This document shows, piece after piece, positions 6,800 through 14,570 of a stretch of DNA of 14,570 nt. Origin of the DNA: Promethearchaeota archaeon (GTDB lineage Archaea; Asgardarchaeota; Lokiarchaeia; Sigyniarchaeales; SOKP01); the NCBI GenBank assembly GCA_048938445.1, contig JBHLME010000113.1:1-14570 (forward strand), written 5' to 3'. Position numbers and translations under genes: made by a program. Positions within the stretch are counted from its first letter, which is position 1, and every line of letters starts with the position of its first letter. Under the pieces are notes generated by a model. The model was not told the origin of the DNA. It did no database searches and saw only the letters and a program-made list of their open reading frames with translations.

Positions 6800-8446
6800 T
6801 TATTTACTCAATTCACGCAATTGAAGGTGAGAAATTTTGCCAACATTAGTTTTAGGAATTTCTTTTATGAATTCGACTTCTCGGGGATACTTATAAGGCG
6901 CCATCTTTTGCTTGGCCCATTCGATAATATCTGTTTCTGAAATTTTATTTTCATATTCAGGTTTTAACACGATAAATGCTTTAATGCCCTCCCCATATTG
7001 CGAAGGAATCCCGATTACACCAGACTCGAGTATTGCCTCATGAGTCATGAGAAAAGCTTGAATTTCTGCAGGATATACAGAGTGACCTTTGTATTTAATC
7101 ATATTTTTCAAGCGTTCTTTAATGACAGTATAACCATCATCATCAATCAAGACAGCATCCCCCGTGTGCAACCACCCATCTCGAATCACATTTTTAGTTT
7201 CTGCTTCACGTTTATAATATCCTTTCATTACCTGCGGACCTTTCACGCATAATTCTCCAACTATATTAGGTTCTAAGATAAGTTCTCCTGTCTCGGTATT
7301 AATGATTTTCATTTCCGTGTTTGGAAGAGGAATTCCAATAGTTCCATTTTTAGAATGTTCGGAAAATGGATTTACATGAGTAACTGGACTGGCTTCCGTG
7401 AGTCCATACCCATCTCGTAATTTTGCTCCAAGTATAGCTTCAAATTTTTCTTGAATTTCTTTTGGTAAAGAACCACCTCCTGATAAACAGGTGTTTATGC
7501 TACTTAAATCATAATTGTTAATATTCGGATGATTTATTATTCGATTATAAAGTGTAGGAACTCCAGGAAAGATAGTAACTTTATTTTGAGAAATAGCTTG
7601 GAGAACTTCATCCACATCACCCGCATTAGTCACTAATATTTGATTTGCTGCTAAACGCACTGATAGGTTCATAGCAACAGTTTGTGCATATATATGATAC
7701 AAAGGTAGGGCGGTAAGCATTACTTCCTTGCCAATTTTTGCGTCTTGGAACCAAACTCGATATTGTTCAACATTAGACACAAGGTTAAAATGAGTTAACA
7801 TTGCACCCTTAGGCAATCCCGTAGTTCCACCTGTGTACTGAAGACATGCTAGATCTACTTCAGGATTTATATCAATTTTTGGGAGATTTGGTTCTGTTTG
7901 TATAATCACATCTTCAAGAAATGGTTTTGAACCGTCTGACGAAATAATTTCCCCTTGATTAATAGGATCTGGATGAGTCCATCCTTTTAGTGAACTATAA
8001 ATTGTTTTTTCGACTTTTGTCTTAGGAATCACGGCATCATCAATATCCGCGAATTCCTCCCATAGAATTAGAATTTTTGCATCGCTATCATTTAATTGAT
8101 ATTCTATTTCCATTTCTCGAAAAAGAGGTGCAAGTAATGTTGCACGCGCACCACTTCTTAAGATCCCATAATAAGCAGGAATACATGGAGGAATATTGTT
8201 AAAATGTAATGCCACCGTATCCCCCTTTTTTACATTTAAATCATTTATCAAATAAGTTGCAATTCGATCAACTATCTCATCTATTTTTTTGTAAGTGTAT
8301 TGTACCCCTTGATGAGTCATGGCTATCGCATCAGGATAATTTCGTGCAGCTTCCCTAAGATTTTCATCAAGAGGTTTTTTAGGAAATTCTATTGTTTTTG
8401 GAACGTTCTCAGGCCAAAACTGATAATAAAGTTTTTCTAAAGACAT
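6800..8446 (-). CDS. Long-chain-fatty-acid--CoA ligase (AMP-binding ANL family, FadD-like)
   Basis: LQYTGGTTGLPKGAMLTH, LPLYHIYA, GYGLTEASP, GELCVKGPQVMKGYY, GWLHTGD and PKTNVGKI (catalytic Lys). Confidence 0.93.
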   Translation of the reverse strand: MSLEKLYYQFWPENVPKTIEFPKKPLDENLREAARNYPDAIAMTHQGVQYTYKKIDEIVDRIATYLINDLNVKKGDTVALHFNNIPPCIPAYYGILRSGARATLLAPLFREMEIEYQLNDSDAKILILWEEFADIDDAVIPKTKVEKTIYSSLKGWTHPDPINQGEIISSDGSKPFLEDVIIQTEPNLPKIDINPEVDLACLQYTGGTTGLPKGAMLTHFNLVSNVEQYRVWFQDAKIGKEVMLTALPLYHIYAQTVAMNLSVRLAANQILVTNAGDVDEVLQAISQNKVTIFPGVPTLYNRIINHPNINNYDLSSINTCLSGGGSLPKEIQEKFEAILGAKLRDGYGLTEASPVTHVNPFSEHSKNGTIGIPLPNTEMKIINTETGELILEPNIVGELCVKGPQVMKGYYKREAETKNVIRDGWLHTGDAVLIDDDGYTVIKERLKNMIKYKGHSVYPAEIQAFLMTHEAILESGVIGIPSQYGEGIKAFIVLKPEYENKISETDIIEWAKQKMAPYKYPREVEFIKEIPKTNVGKISHLQLRELSK

Positions 8447-8696
8447 TTACTAGTCATCATATTAATCTTTTTTTGGTCAATATATTCTCGTAATACTTTC
8501 CTCTAACTTATAAAATTACATGACCATATTAATTACTTCAGAACTTATTATTTTTAAATTTATAACATTTTTATGATGATATATTAAAAATATAAAAATT
8601 GTATAAAATGACATTAGGTCGAAAAAAAGAGTAACTTTTCTAAATAGAAATAGATATATATATTAATAGATGATCCAAATTTAATGATTAAAAGAT

Positions 8697-10004
8697 TTAT
8701 TTCTTTTTTTCAATAGCAGCTTTTAGGATCTTAATAGCACAGAATTCACCGCACATACTACATGCACCATCATCTTGCGTCGTGTGTTCATCTCTATAAT
8801 GAATTTTTCTTGACGTGTCTGGATCAATTGATTGATTTATCATTTCATCCCAATTTAGATCCTTACGGGCAATATCAATTTTATAATCCCATTGTGTAGC
8901 TCTTTTTCCATATCGTGCAATATTAACTGCATGAGCCGCAATTTTGGAGCATATCACTCCTCTTTTAACTTCTTCTTTATTTGGTAGTGCTAAATGCTCT
9001 GAAGGAGTTACATAACATAAATAATCCACTCCCGCCATACCGGCAATCACTCCCCCAATGGCAGATACTATATCATCATATCCAGGAGCAATATCAGTTA
9101 CTAAAGGACCTAACACGTAAAATGGGGCTCCATCGCATAAAGATTTCTGCATCTTTATATTACTTTCGATTTCATGAGCAGGCACATGTCCAGGTCCTTC
9201 AACTATGACTTGCACGTCCCTTTCCCAAGCTCTCTTTACTAATTTAGATATTTCGAGGAGCTCTTGAACTTGAACATAATCAGTAGCATCAAAAATACAA
9301 CCAGGCCTCATCCCATCTCCTAATGATAGAGTAAAATCATATTCTCTTGCCATTTCAAGTAAATAATCATACTTCTGGTAAAAGGGATTCTCTTGTTCAT
9401 TTTCGAGAATCCAAGCCGCTAGGAATGTTCCACCTCTAGATGTAACGCCCATCATGCGAGGATGATTTTTTAAAAAGTTAACAATTTCTTGAGTAACGCC
9501 AACATGAACCGTAAAGAAATCTACTCCCTCTTTTGCTTGCTCTTCTATTACATTGAATAGGTCATCCTCATCTAAGTTAATAATGGCACCTTTTTTTTCG
9601 ATAGCTCTCAGTGCTGATTGATAAATTGGAACGGTTCCAATAGGTACTTTTAATTCTTTTAAAATTTTTTCTCTTATTGTTATAACATCCGATTCAGTAA
9701 TGCCAGTACTCAAATCCATTACTGTATCTGCTCCGTATTTAACAGCGATTTGTGCCTTCTCAAGTTCACCTTCAATAGAGCATACTTTTTTACTTGAACC
9801 AATATTAGCATTAATCTTAACTAATAAACCTTCTCCAATACCTATTGGCTTTTCTAAATCTCGGATGTTTGATTTAGGAATGACAATTCTACCTTTTGCC
9901 AGACCTCGTTTTATAAATTCAACATCAACCTGTTCACTTTTAGCGACTATTGCCATTTCTTCTGAAATCTTTCCATTTCTAGCTTGATTCATTAATGTGG
10001 ACAA
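8697..10004 (-). CDS. thiC: Phosphomethylpyrimidine synthase ThiC (short archaeal type, radical SAM)
   Basis: KINANIGSS, GADTVMDLST, GTVPIYQ, SRGGT, SLGDGMRPG, EGPGH, PFYVLGPLVTDIAPGYD, YVTPSEHL and C-terminal Fe-S motif CSMCGEFC. TTG start with AAGGT upstream. thiDN lies nearby. Confidence 0.93.
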   Translation of the reverse strand: MSTLMNQARNGKISEEMAIVAKSEQVDVEFIKRGLAKGRIVIPKSNIRDLEKPIGIGEGLLVKINANIGSSKKVCSIEGELEKAQIAVKYGADTVMDLSTGITESDVITIREKILKELKVPIGTVPIYQSALRAIEKKGAIINLDEDDLFNVIEEQAKEGVDFFTVHVGVTQEIVNFLKNHPRMMGVTSRGGTFLAAWILENEQENPFYQKYDYLLEMAREYDFTLSLGDGMRPGCIFDATDYVQVQELLEISKLVKRAWERDVQVIVEGPGHVPAHEIESNIKMQKSLCDGAPFYVLGPLVTDIAPGYDDIVSAIGGVIAGMAGVDYLCYVTPSEHLALPNKEEVKRGVICSKIAAHAVNIARYGKRATQWDYKIDIARKDLNWDEMINQSIDPDTSRKIHYRDEHTTQDDGACSMCGEFCAIKILKAAIEKKK

Positions 10005-10044
10005 AATTTGATACCTTCTATAAATATCATGATTTTATTAAACA

Positions 10045-10059
10045 TGTACCTATAGTACA
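10045..10059. promoter_or_regulatory. Inverted repeat TGTAC-N5-GTACA upstream of thiC, candidate operator
   Basis: Perfect 5-bp arms about 40 nt upstream of the thiC start, in a very AT-rich spacer. Confidence 0.35.
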
Positions 10060-10147
10060 GAAACATACAATAGAATTATAATTTTATGGCTTAAAATCAA
10101 ATTAAAAAAATGGATTGATAAATGTATTAAAAAAAAGATCTACTAAA

Positions 10148-10471
10148 TTATTCAGGCGCTTGTAATCCTATAAATGGCATGGCCTCAACAATAGTGTAAT
10201 AGAGCCTCTGGGTATATTTAAAGCCTTCAATAGATGCTAACATTATCATGCGATTACTTGCCATATCCAAAGCTTCCCTTATTTTTCCTGGTTTAATTTC
10301 ACTAATATGGATTACATGTATACCTTCACGTTCAGAATTAACCGCAGATTGTACAATTGGTTTACCAATTGATCTGTCATCTGGATATTTTTTCATTACT
10401 TCTAGATATAATTTTCCTACTTCAACGGCCTTTGCAGCAGGATACCATGATTCTATAACAATATATACCAT
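10148..10471 (-). CDS. Small hypothetical protein (107 aa), alternating beta/alpha pattern
   Basis: The start is better placed at ATG 10471 (MVYIVIESWYP...) than at TTG 10480, because the AGGAGGT SD occupies 10486-10480. Normal protein composition. Confidence 0.8.
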   Translation of the reverse strand: MVYIVIESWYPAAKAVEVGKLYLEVMKKYPDDRSIGKPIVQSAVNSEREGIHVIHISEIKPGKIREALDMASNRMIMLASIEGFKYTQRLYYTIVEAMPFIGLQAPE

Positions 10472-10521
10472 TCTTTTCAACCTCCTTTATGAATTAGATT
10501 AAAAATATTTCAGATTAATAG

Positions 10522-10587
10522 ACATTTTTTTACAAAAATGTAGATATTAATTATGATTTACTTATATATAAGTCTTTACATTTTTGT
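10522..10587. promoter_or_regulatory. Promoter region of the 107-aa gene: palindromic TATA element with repeated ACATTTTT half-sites
   Basis: ACATTTTT-TTAC-AAAAATGT at 10522-10541, a perfect palindrome ACTTATATATAAGT at 10560-10573, and TACATTTTTGT at 10577-10587, which is the reverse complement of 10532-10542. Confidence 0.45.
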
Positions 10588-10605
10588 CAAATACTAAAAA
10601 TTTGA

Positions 10606-11070
10606 TTAATACATTTCTAATTTTTTTAAGAGTTCAATTAAAGATTCGGTTAGTTCATAATTCCTTAACTTGTTAAATGGTACAAATTTCGCATCTAACG
10701 CATCATCGTCTGCCATTGGAGCTTGATCAGCTGGACCTTCAACTTGTTCGACAAAATAATTTAGTAAAACGTAATGATACTCGATTTTTCCCTCATCATC
10801 GTGCATTATTTTATTAATGATTCCTGCTAAACTTGTAATTTTTGTTTTAAATCCTGTTTCTTCGAGAGTTTCCCTAATAGCGGCATCTTCCACAAGTTCG
10901 CCTAAGTTTAGATGCCCTCCCGGAATGCTCCAATATCCTGAGTCTGGATTATACTTGCGTTTAATTAAAAGGAGCGTATTGTTTCTTATAAGCATCGCAC
11001 CCACGCCAATGTGAGGCCTAATAGGATAATGCCGGGTATCATATACTGTCAAATCTTTTTCATTTTCCAA
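10606..11070 (-). CDS. Nudix hydrolase (ADP-ribose pyrophosphatase-like)
   Basis: Nudix box GGHLNLGELVEDAAIRETLEETG, plus R.YP.RP.IGVGA, WSIPGG, YHYVLL and DDALDA. TTG start 6 nt after the upstream stop, with a GGTGA SD overlapping that stop. Confidence 0.92.
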   Translation of the reverse strand: MENEKDLTVYDTRHYPIRPHIGVGAMLIRNNTLLLIKRKYNPDSGYWSIPGGHLNLGELVEDAAIRETLEETGFKTKITSLAGIINKIMHDDEGKIEYHYVLLNYFVEQVEGPADQAPMADDDALDAKFVPFNKLRNYELTESLIELLKKLEMY

Positions 11071-11076
11071 AATTAT

Positions 11077-11847
11077 TCACCACTTATTTATATCAGTGTT
11101 ATAAAGTAATTTATAAGCAGCCTTCGTGAGCCATATCCGCTCTCCCTTGCCAATCGAATCCCAATAATCAAAAACCATGTCTAATTGCTTTTGATCTAAT
11201 TGGGATTGATAAATCTTTAATAATTTTATTTTTTCATTGATTTTAAATTTTGTAAAAAAGTAGGGTTGTAATTGAGTAATTTTATTTAATTCTTGGATGA
11301 TTTTTTCTTGCTTAGAATATGGAATATAGTCCGCATAAGGTAAATCTTCATAAAATAAAATGGGCAATTCAGGTTTTTCTAACAATAAATCTTTAATGAT
11401 GTTTGTAAGGATTTTATGATCTACATGATTTCCAATACTTAATGGAGAGCAAATCAAACCTTCATGATTAACTAAAATTTTGAGTAATTCCTTTTTGACA
11501 ATGGGATATATCGGATCTTCGATAATTGGATTATCTTGAAATAAAGAAATATATTTACTGTAATTAGGACGACAAAATGCATCCTTAAAGTCTAAAAACT
11601 TAACTTTATAATTAGCTACTCTCCCTGCATTATTTTCTTCTTTTATTCTTAATCTTGTAACTTCTTGTTCTGATTGGGAACCATCATAGCCAATTATATA
11701 ATTAGTAATAGAAAAGACTACTATAACGGTAGGTTGTGCTTTAAATAATTTTCCTAATAGACAACCACCAAGAGAAAGAGGAACGTCATCAGTGTGAGCA
11801 GAAAGTATAATAATTTTACTGGTAATATCTTGAAATTTAGAACTCAT
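11077..11847 (-). CDS. PIG-L/LmbE family Zn-dependent N-deacetylase
   Basis: SAHTDD (HxDD), R..EE..A, LDFKDA, GNHVDH (HxDH) and FYEDLPY motifs. Confidence 0.88.
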   Translation of the reverse strand: MSSKFQDITSKIIILSAHTDDVPLSLGGCLLGKLFKAQPTVIVVFSITNYIIGYDGSQSEQEVTRLRIKEENNAGRVANYKVKFLDFKDAFCRPNYSKYISLFQDNPIIEDPIYPIVKKELLKILVNHEGLICSPLSIGNHVDHKILTNIIKDLLLEKPELPILFYEDLPYADYIPYSKQEKIIQELNKITQLQPYFFTKFKINEKIKLLKIYQSQLDQKQLDMVFDYWDSIGKGERIWLTKAAYKLLYNTDINKW

Positions 11848-11896
11848 GATGTTTTATCAAAATAAAAAAAGAAGTATTTTAATAATTTTTTATGGT

Positions 11897-13762
11897 TTAA
11901 TTCTTATCTTTTTTCTTATATTGTTTAACTGATAGGATGATTGTAGTTATACTTATAATTCCCATAAAAAGGAATAGATCATATCCAGGAATCTTTTGTT
12001 CATAAGGGAATATTGTAAATAAAGCATCAGATTGGTCTTCAGCAATGAGACCTCCAGAACAATAAGCAATCACTTTTATGAGGGTTTCACTTGAATATCC
12101 AATGGTTATTACATCCCATAAGTAACTATTTATCATTAATCCTGTTGCTAAAGAAATCCAAGCACTCCCATTTACAGAGTATTGAACTTCATATGTTACA
12201 CTATGCCCCCATGAATCTATAGCTGGAGCCCATATTATTGTATGACGACTATAAATTATCTCTCCTCCATTTGGAGTTAAAATAGTTGGATTAGATAAGA
12301 GATGAATATTACTAAAATGGTTAGTAACGTATCCAGGATTAGTTGTAGGAACATCTGGAGACTCATTTGTTGTTTCAACTAAAACACCAGAACTATTATA
12401 TTTCTTAATTTTAAAGGAAGAAATTGTTCCAGAAATGCTTGAAGCACCAATGCTCAAGAAAAAATTGATATCTGGGTCAACAGAGTAATATGCATAAAAT
12501 TCAGAAATGTCTAAAGTCATATAGGTTGGAAAAAAATTTAAATTATCATTATAATAATCAGGGATTATAGTACTATATGCTGATCCATAAGGTCCTACTC
12601 CTAGTGTAATTATATCATCCATTCGAGTAGGTGCTGAAGAAAATGTCCAATTAGCAATTAAAGTTGGTTGATAATCGATTCTATCTTCTAAATATAATAT
12701 ACCTCCCCATCCTTGTATTTCCTTAAAAGCCTCATATGTCAACCAGTAATATCCATTATCGGCAAATCCCGTACCCCAAGAATTTACTACTTTAAAAGCA
12801 CCTAGATCACCATCATCTGATATAGAATCATTATATCCAACAATCGTATTCGCATGATCTATAGTAATAGATGGAAGATTATATTCTAAAGAAGATATAA
12901 TATAATTTGAATCTGCAAATCCGTCATTATATTCACTTGAATTAAGGCAAAATGATACTGGAGTGCCTCCATCAATAATACTTTTGATAGTATTAATTAT
13001 TGTTCCAGCATTAAATGTTATTAAGTTATAGTCAAGAGCTCTATGATATGGTGCCTCGTTCCAAGCAGTTGAATTACCCCAACTATCAAAATCAAAAGGA
13101 TTATATGGCATTGCAGCTAATGTTGCAGCACCCCATTGTTTTAATATCTCTGCATTTTCAAATAGAGTTGATCCAGAATTATCAACAGCTAGTTTATTAT
13201 ATGCCCAAGCAGGACTTAATAAACAACTTTCATTTCCAGAACTTGCATCCCAACCGTTATCTTTTGCTTCAAGATATCCCATAGAATAATACACGACAGA
13301 CCATGAAGCACAAGATCCTTGACTTCCCTGAGATCTAACTTGAGGAAAATAAGTTTCATTAGATAAATCATTGGCAACCGCCGAAGTTTTTAGATTTTTC
13401 TGTAAATTTTCTTCCTTATATTCCTCCAAAATCATTAAATGTCCAACTAAATTATTTAAATCATTTTCATTAGGAAGTAACGCTCCAGTTCCTCTGAAAC
13501 CATTATCAATTTCACCATTAATATTTATATTATTTGTTATTTTCATTTCCTCAACTTTTTCTTCAGAAATTATCTCAGCTAAATATTTTTTGCCATTTAT
13601 TAGATGCACAATGGTTGAACTTCTATTATATTCACCTTCATTATTCTCATATTCATTTATTAAATTACTGTTTTCAATGATAAACTGGAAAGAGAAATAT
13701 GCAATATTTATAAAAATAAAAAAAAATAATAGCAAGGATTTTATTTGATTTGTTGACTTCAA
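11897..13762 (-). CDS. Secreted, C-terminally anchored papain-like (C1) cysteine peptidase with pro-region and beta-sandwich domains
   Basis: N-terminal hydrophobic segment (LLLFFFIFINIAYFSF). Catalytic motifs QGSQGSCASWS (oxyanion Gln and Cys), DHANTIVGY (His) and KVVNSWG (Asn), plus GYYWLTY. PTILTPNGGE marks an Ig/FN3-like domain. The tail is IPGY + TM + KQYKKKDKN. TTG start. Confidence 0.92.
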   Translation of the reverse strand: MKSTNQIKSLLLFFFIFINIAYFSFQFIIENSNLINEYENNEGEYNRSSTIVHLINGKKYLAEIISEEKVEEMKITNNININGEIDNGFRGTGALLPNENDLNNLVGHLMILEEYKEENLQKNLKTSAVANDLSNETYFPQVRSQGSQGSCASWSVVYYSMGYLEAKDNGWDASSGNESCLLSPAWAYNKLAVDNSGSTLFENAEILKQWGAATLAAMPYNPFDFDSWGNSTAWNEAPYHRALDYNLITFNAGTIINTIKSIIDGGTPVSFCLNSSEYNDGFADSNYIISSLEYNLPSITIDHANTIVGYNDSISDDGDLGAFKVVNSWGTGFADNGYYWLTYEAFKEIQGWGGILYLEDRIDYQPTLIANWTFSSAPTRMDDIITLGVGPYGSAYSTIIPDYYNDNLNFFPTYMTLDISEFYAYYSVDPDINFFLSIGASSISGTISSFKIKKYNSSGVLVETTNESPDVPTTNPGYVTNHFSNIHLLSNPTILTPNGGEIIYSRHTIIWAPAIDSWGHSVTYEVQYSVNGSAWISLATGLMINSYLWDVITIGYSSETLIKVIAYCSGGLIAEDQSDALFTIFPYEQKIPGYDLFLFMGIISITTIILSVKQYKKKDKN

Positions 13763-13916
13763 TTTTAATTACCTATTTTTTGGAAATATTGATAGTAATT
13801 TTATAAAAGAATTAGTATAAAAATCTATATCATCAATAACAATCAGATTTGGTTATATTTTATTGTAACATCTATTCTCAAATAAAATTTTTAACACAAA
13901 CGTTCCTATCTTAATT

Positions 13917-14402
13917 ATGGTGCGTCCATGGTATTGGCCTGAAGGTGGTCAACCACACAGAACAGAACCATTCACGTGGATTATTAAAGGAAAGATGGCA
14001 GCATCTTGGTGGCCCGATCCTCCAGTTTTTGAAATATATAAAAAAGAAGGTATAAAAGTAATCATTAATTGCTCGGAATTTGATTATCGCAATGAAATTC
14101 CAGAAGGATATAAATACTATCATATAAATATATCCGATTATGGGATTCCATCAGAAAGTCAATTAAATCATTTTCTTGAAATTACAGAAAAACACGGAAA
14201 AAATAAAGAACCAATTGTAGTTCATTGTGTAGCTGGATGTGGTCGCACGGGACAAATGATAGTAGCATGGGGCTCAGCAAATGGAATCATACCAAAAAAT
14301 ATGGATCCCGTTAAATGGATACGAAGTTATAGAAAATGTAGTCTTGAGACTAAAGAACAAATGGCTCTTGCTAGAAGGATTGCTAATAAGCTAAAGAAGT
14401 AA
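13917..14402 (+). CDS. Dual-specificity / protein-tyrosine phosphatase, DUSP23-like single domain
   Basis: P-loop VHCVAGCGRTG (CX5R), acid loop ISDYGIP, N-terminal FTWIIKGKMAASWWP and C-terminal IRSYRKCSLETKEQ. Confidence 0.92.
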   Translation: MVRPWYWPEGGQPHRTEPFTWIIKGKMAASWWPDPPVFEIYKKEGIKVIINCSEFDYRNEIPEGYKYYHINISDYGIPSESQLNHFLEITEKHGKNKEPIVVHCVAGCGRTGQMIVAWGSANGIIPKNMDPVKWIRSYRKCSLETKEQMALARRIANKLKK

Positions 14403-14491
14403 TATTATAGTTGGGTAAAACTTAATTACATATAATTTTATATTTTATATATTAATATAAAAGTAAAAATACCTTAAATTATCGAGTTCCC

Positions 14492-14570
14492 ATGAGTAAA
14501 GAAGAATACATATACATGATCATTGATAATGTCTTAGTATTTGGTATTAATAGTGATCTACAAGGAGATA
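14492..14570 (+). CDS. 5' end of a gene running off the right edge (MSKEEYIYMIIDNVLVFGINSDLQGD...)
   Basis: ATG at 14492 is open for 26 codons to the window end, downstream of an AT-rich TATA-like region. Confidence 0.55.
   Translation, partial: MSKEEYIYMIIDNVLVFGINSDLQGD

Noticed and set aside
9072-9074. Idea that ThiC has lost a metal-binding histidine
   Set aside because: The ligands correspond to the EGPGH and TPSEH histidines, 64 residues apart, and both are present. The GYDD change is kept only as a variant finding.
6998-11014. Plus-strand ORFs 6998-7252, 8981-9208, 9700-9987, 10248-10502 and 10817-11014
   Set aside because: Antisense shadows of well-supported minus-strand genes.
13015-14123. 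ORFs 13015-13284 (+), 13371-13748 (+) and 13911-14123 (-)
   Set aside because: Antisense to the protease and phosphatase genes.
14443-14462. TTTTATAT-ATTA-ATATAAAA palindrome
   Set aside because: Purely A/T and expected by chance in promoter DNA of this composition.
1-14570. CRISPR arrays, tRNA/rRNA genes, transposases, integrases and defence systems
   Set aside because: No spaced direct repeats, no GC-rich structured RNA segments and no matching protein motifs were seen by eye.

Overview
AT-rich archaeal chromosomal window, most likely from an Asgard archaeon (Lokiarchaeia-like). This is inferred from a Roadblock+Rab-like GTPase fusion, a RING-H2/TPR protein, an IPGY-TM-basic C-terminal sorting tail, a ThiD-ThiN fusion and GGTGA/GGAGG ribosome-binding sites. 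It holds 12 complete CDSs: two tandem beta-decarboxylating dehydrogenases with opposite cofactor signatures, the GTPase fusion, the RING-TPR protein, thiDN, an acyl-CoA ligase, thiC, a small hypothetical, a Nudix hydrolase, a PIG-L deacetylase, a surface-anchored papain-like protease and a DUSP23-like phosphatase. There are also two partial genes at the edges and a probable frameshifted gene remnant. I saw no rRNA, tRNA, CRISPR array or mobile element. The best candidate for an undescribed system is the head-to-head pair of a Roadblock / Rab-like GTPase / putative pseudo-GTPase protein and a RING-H2 / coiled-coil / TPR E3-ligase-like protein. All calls come from reading motifs by eye; no database searches were run.
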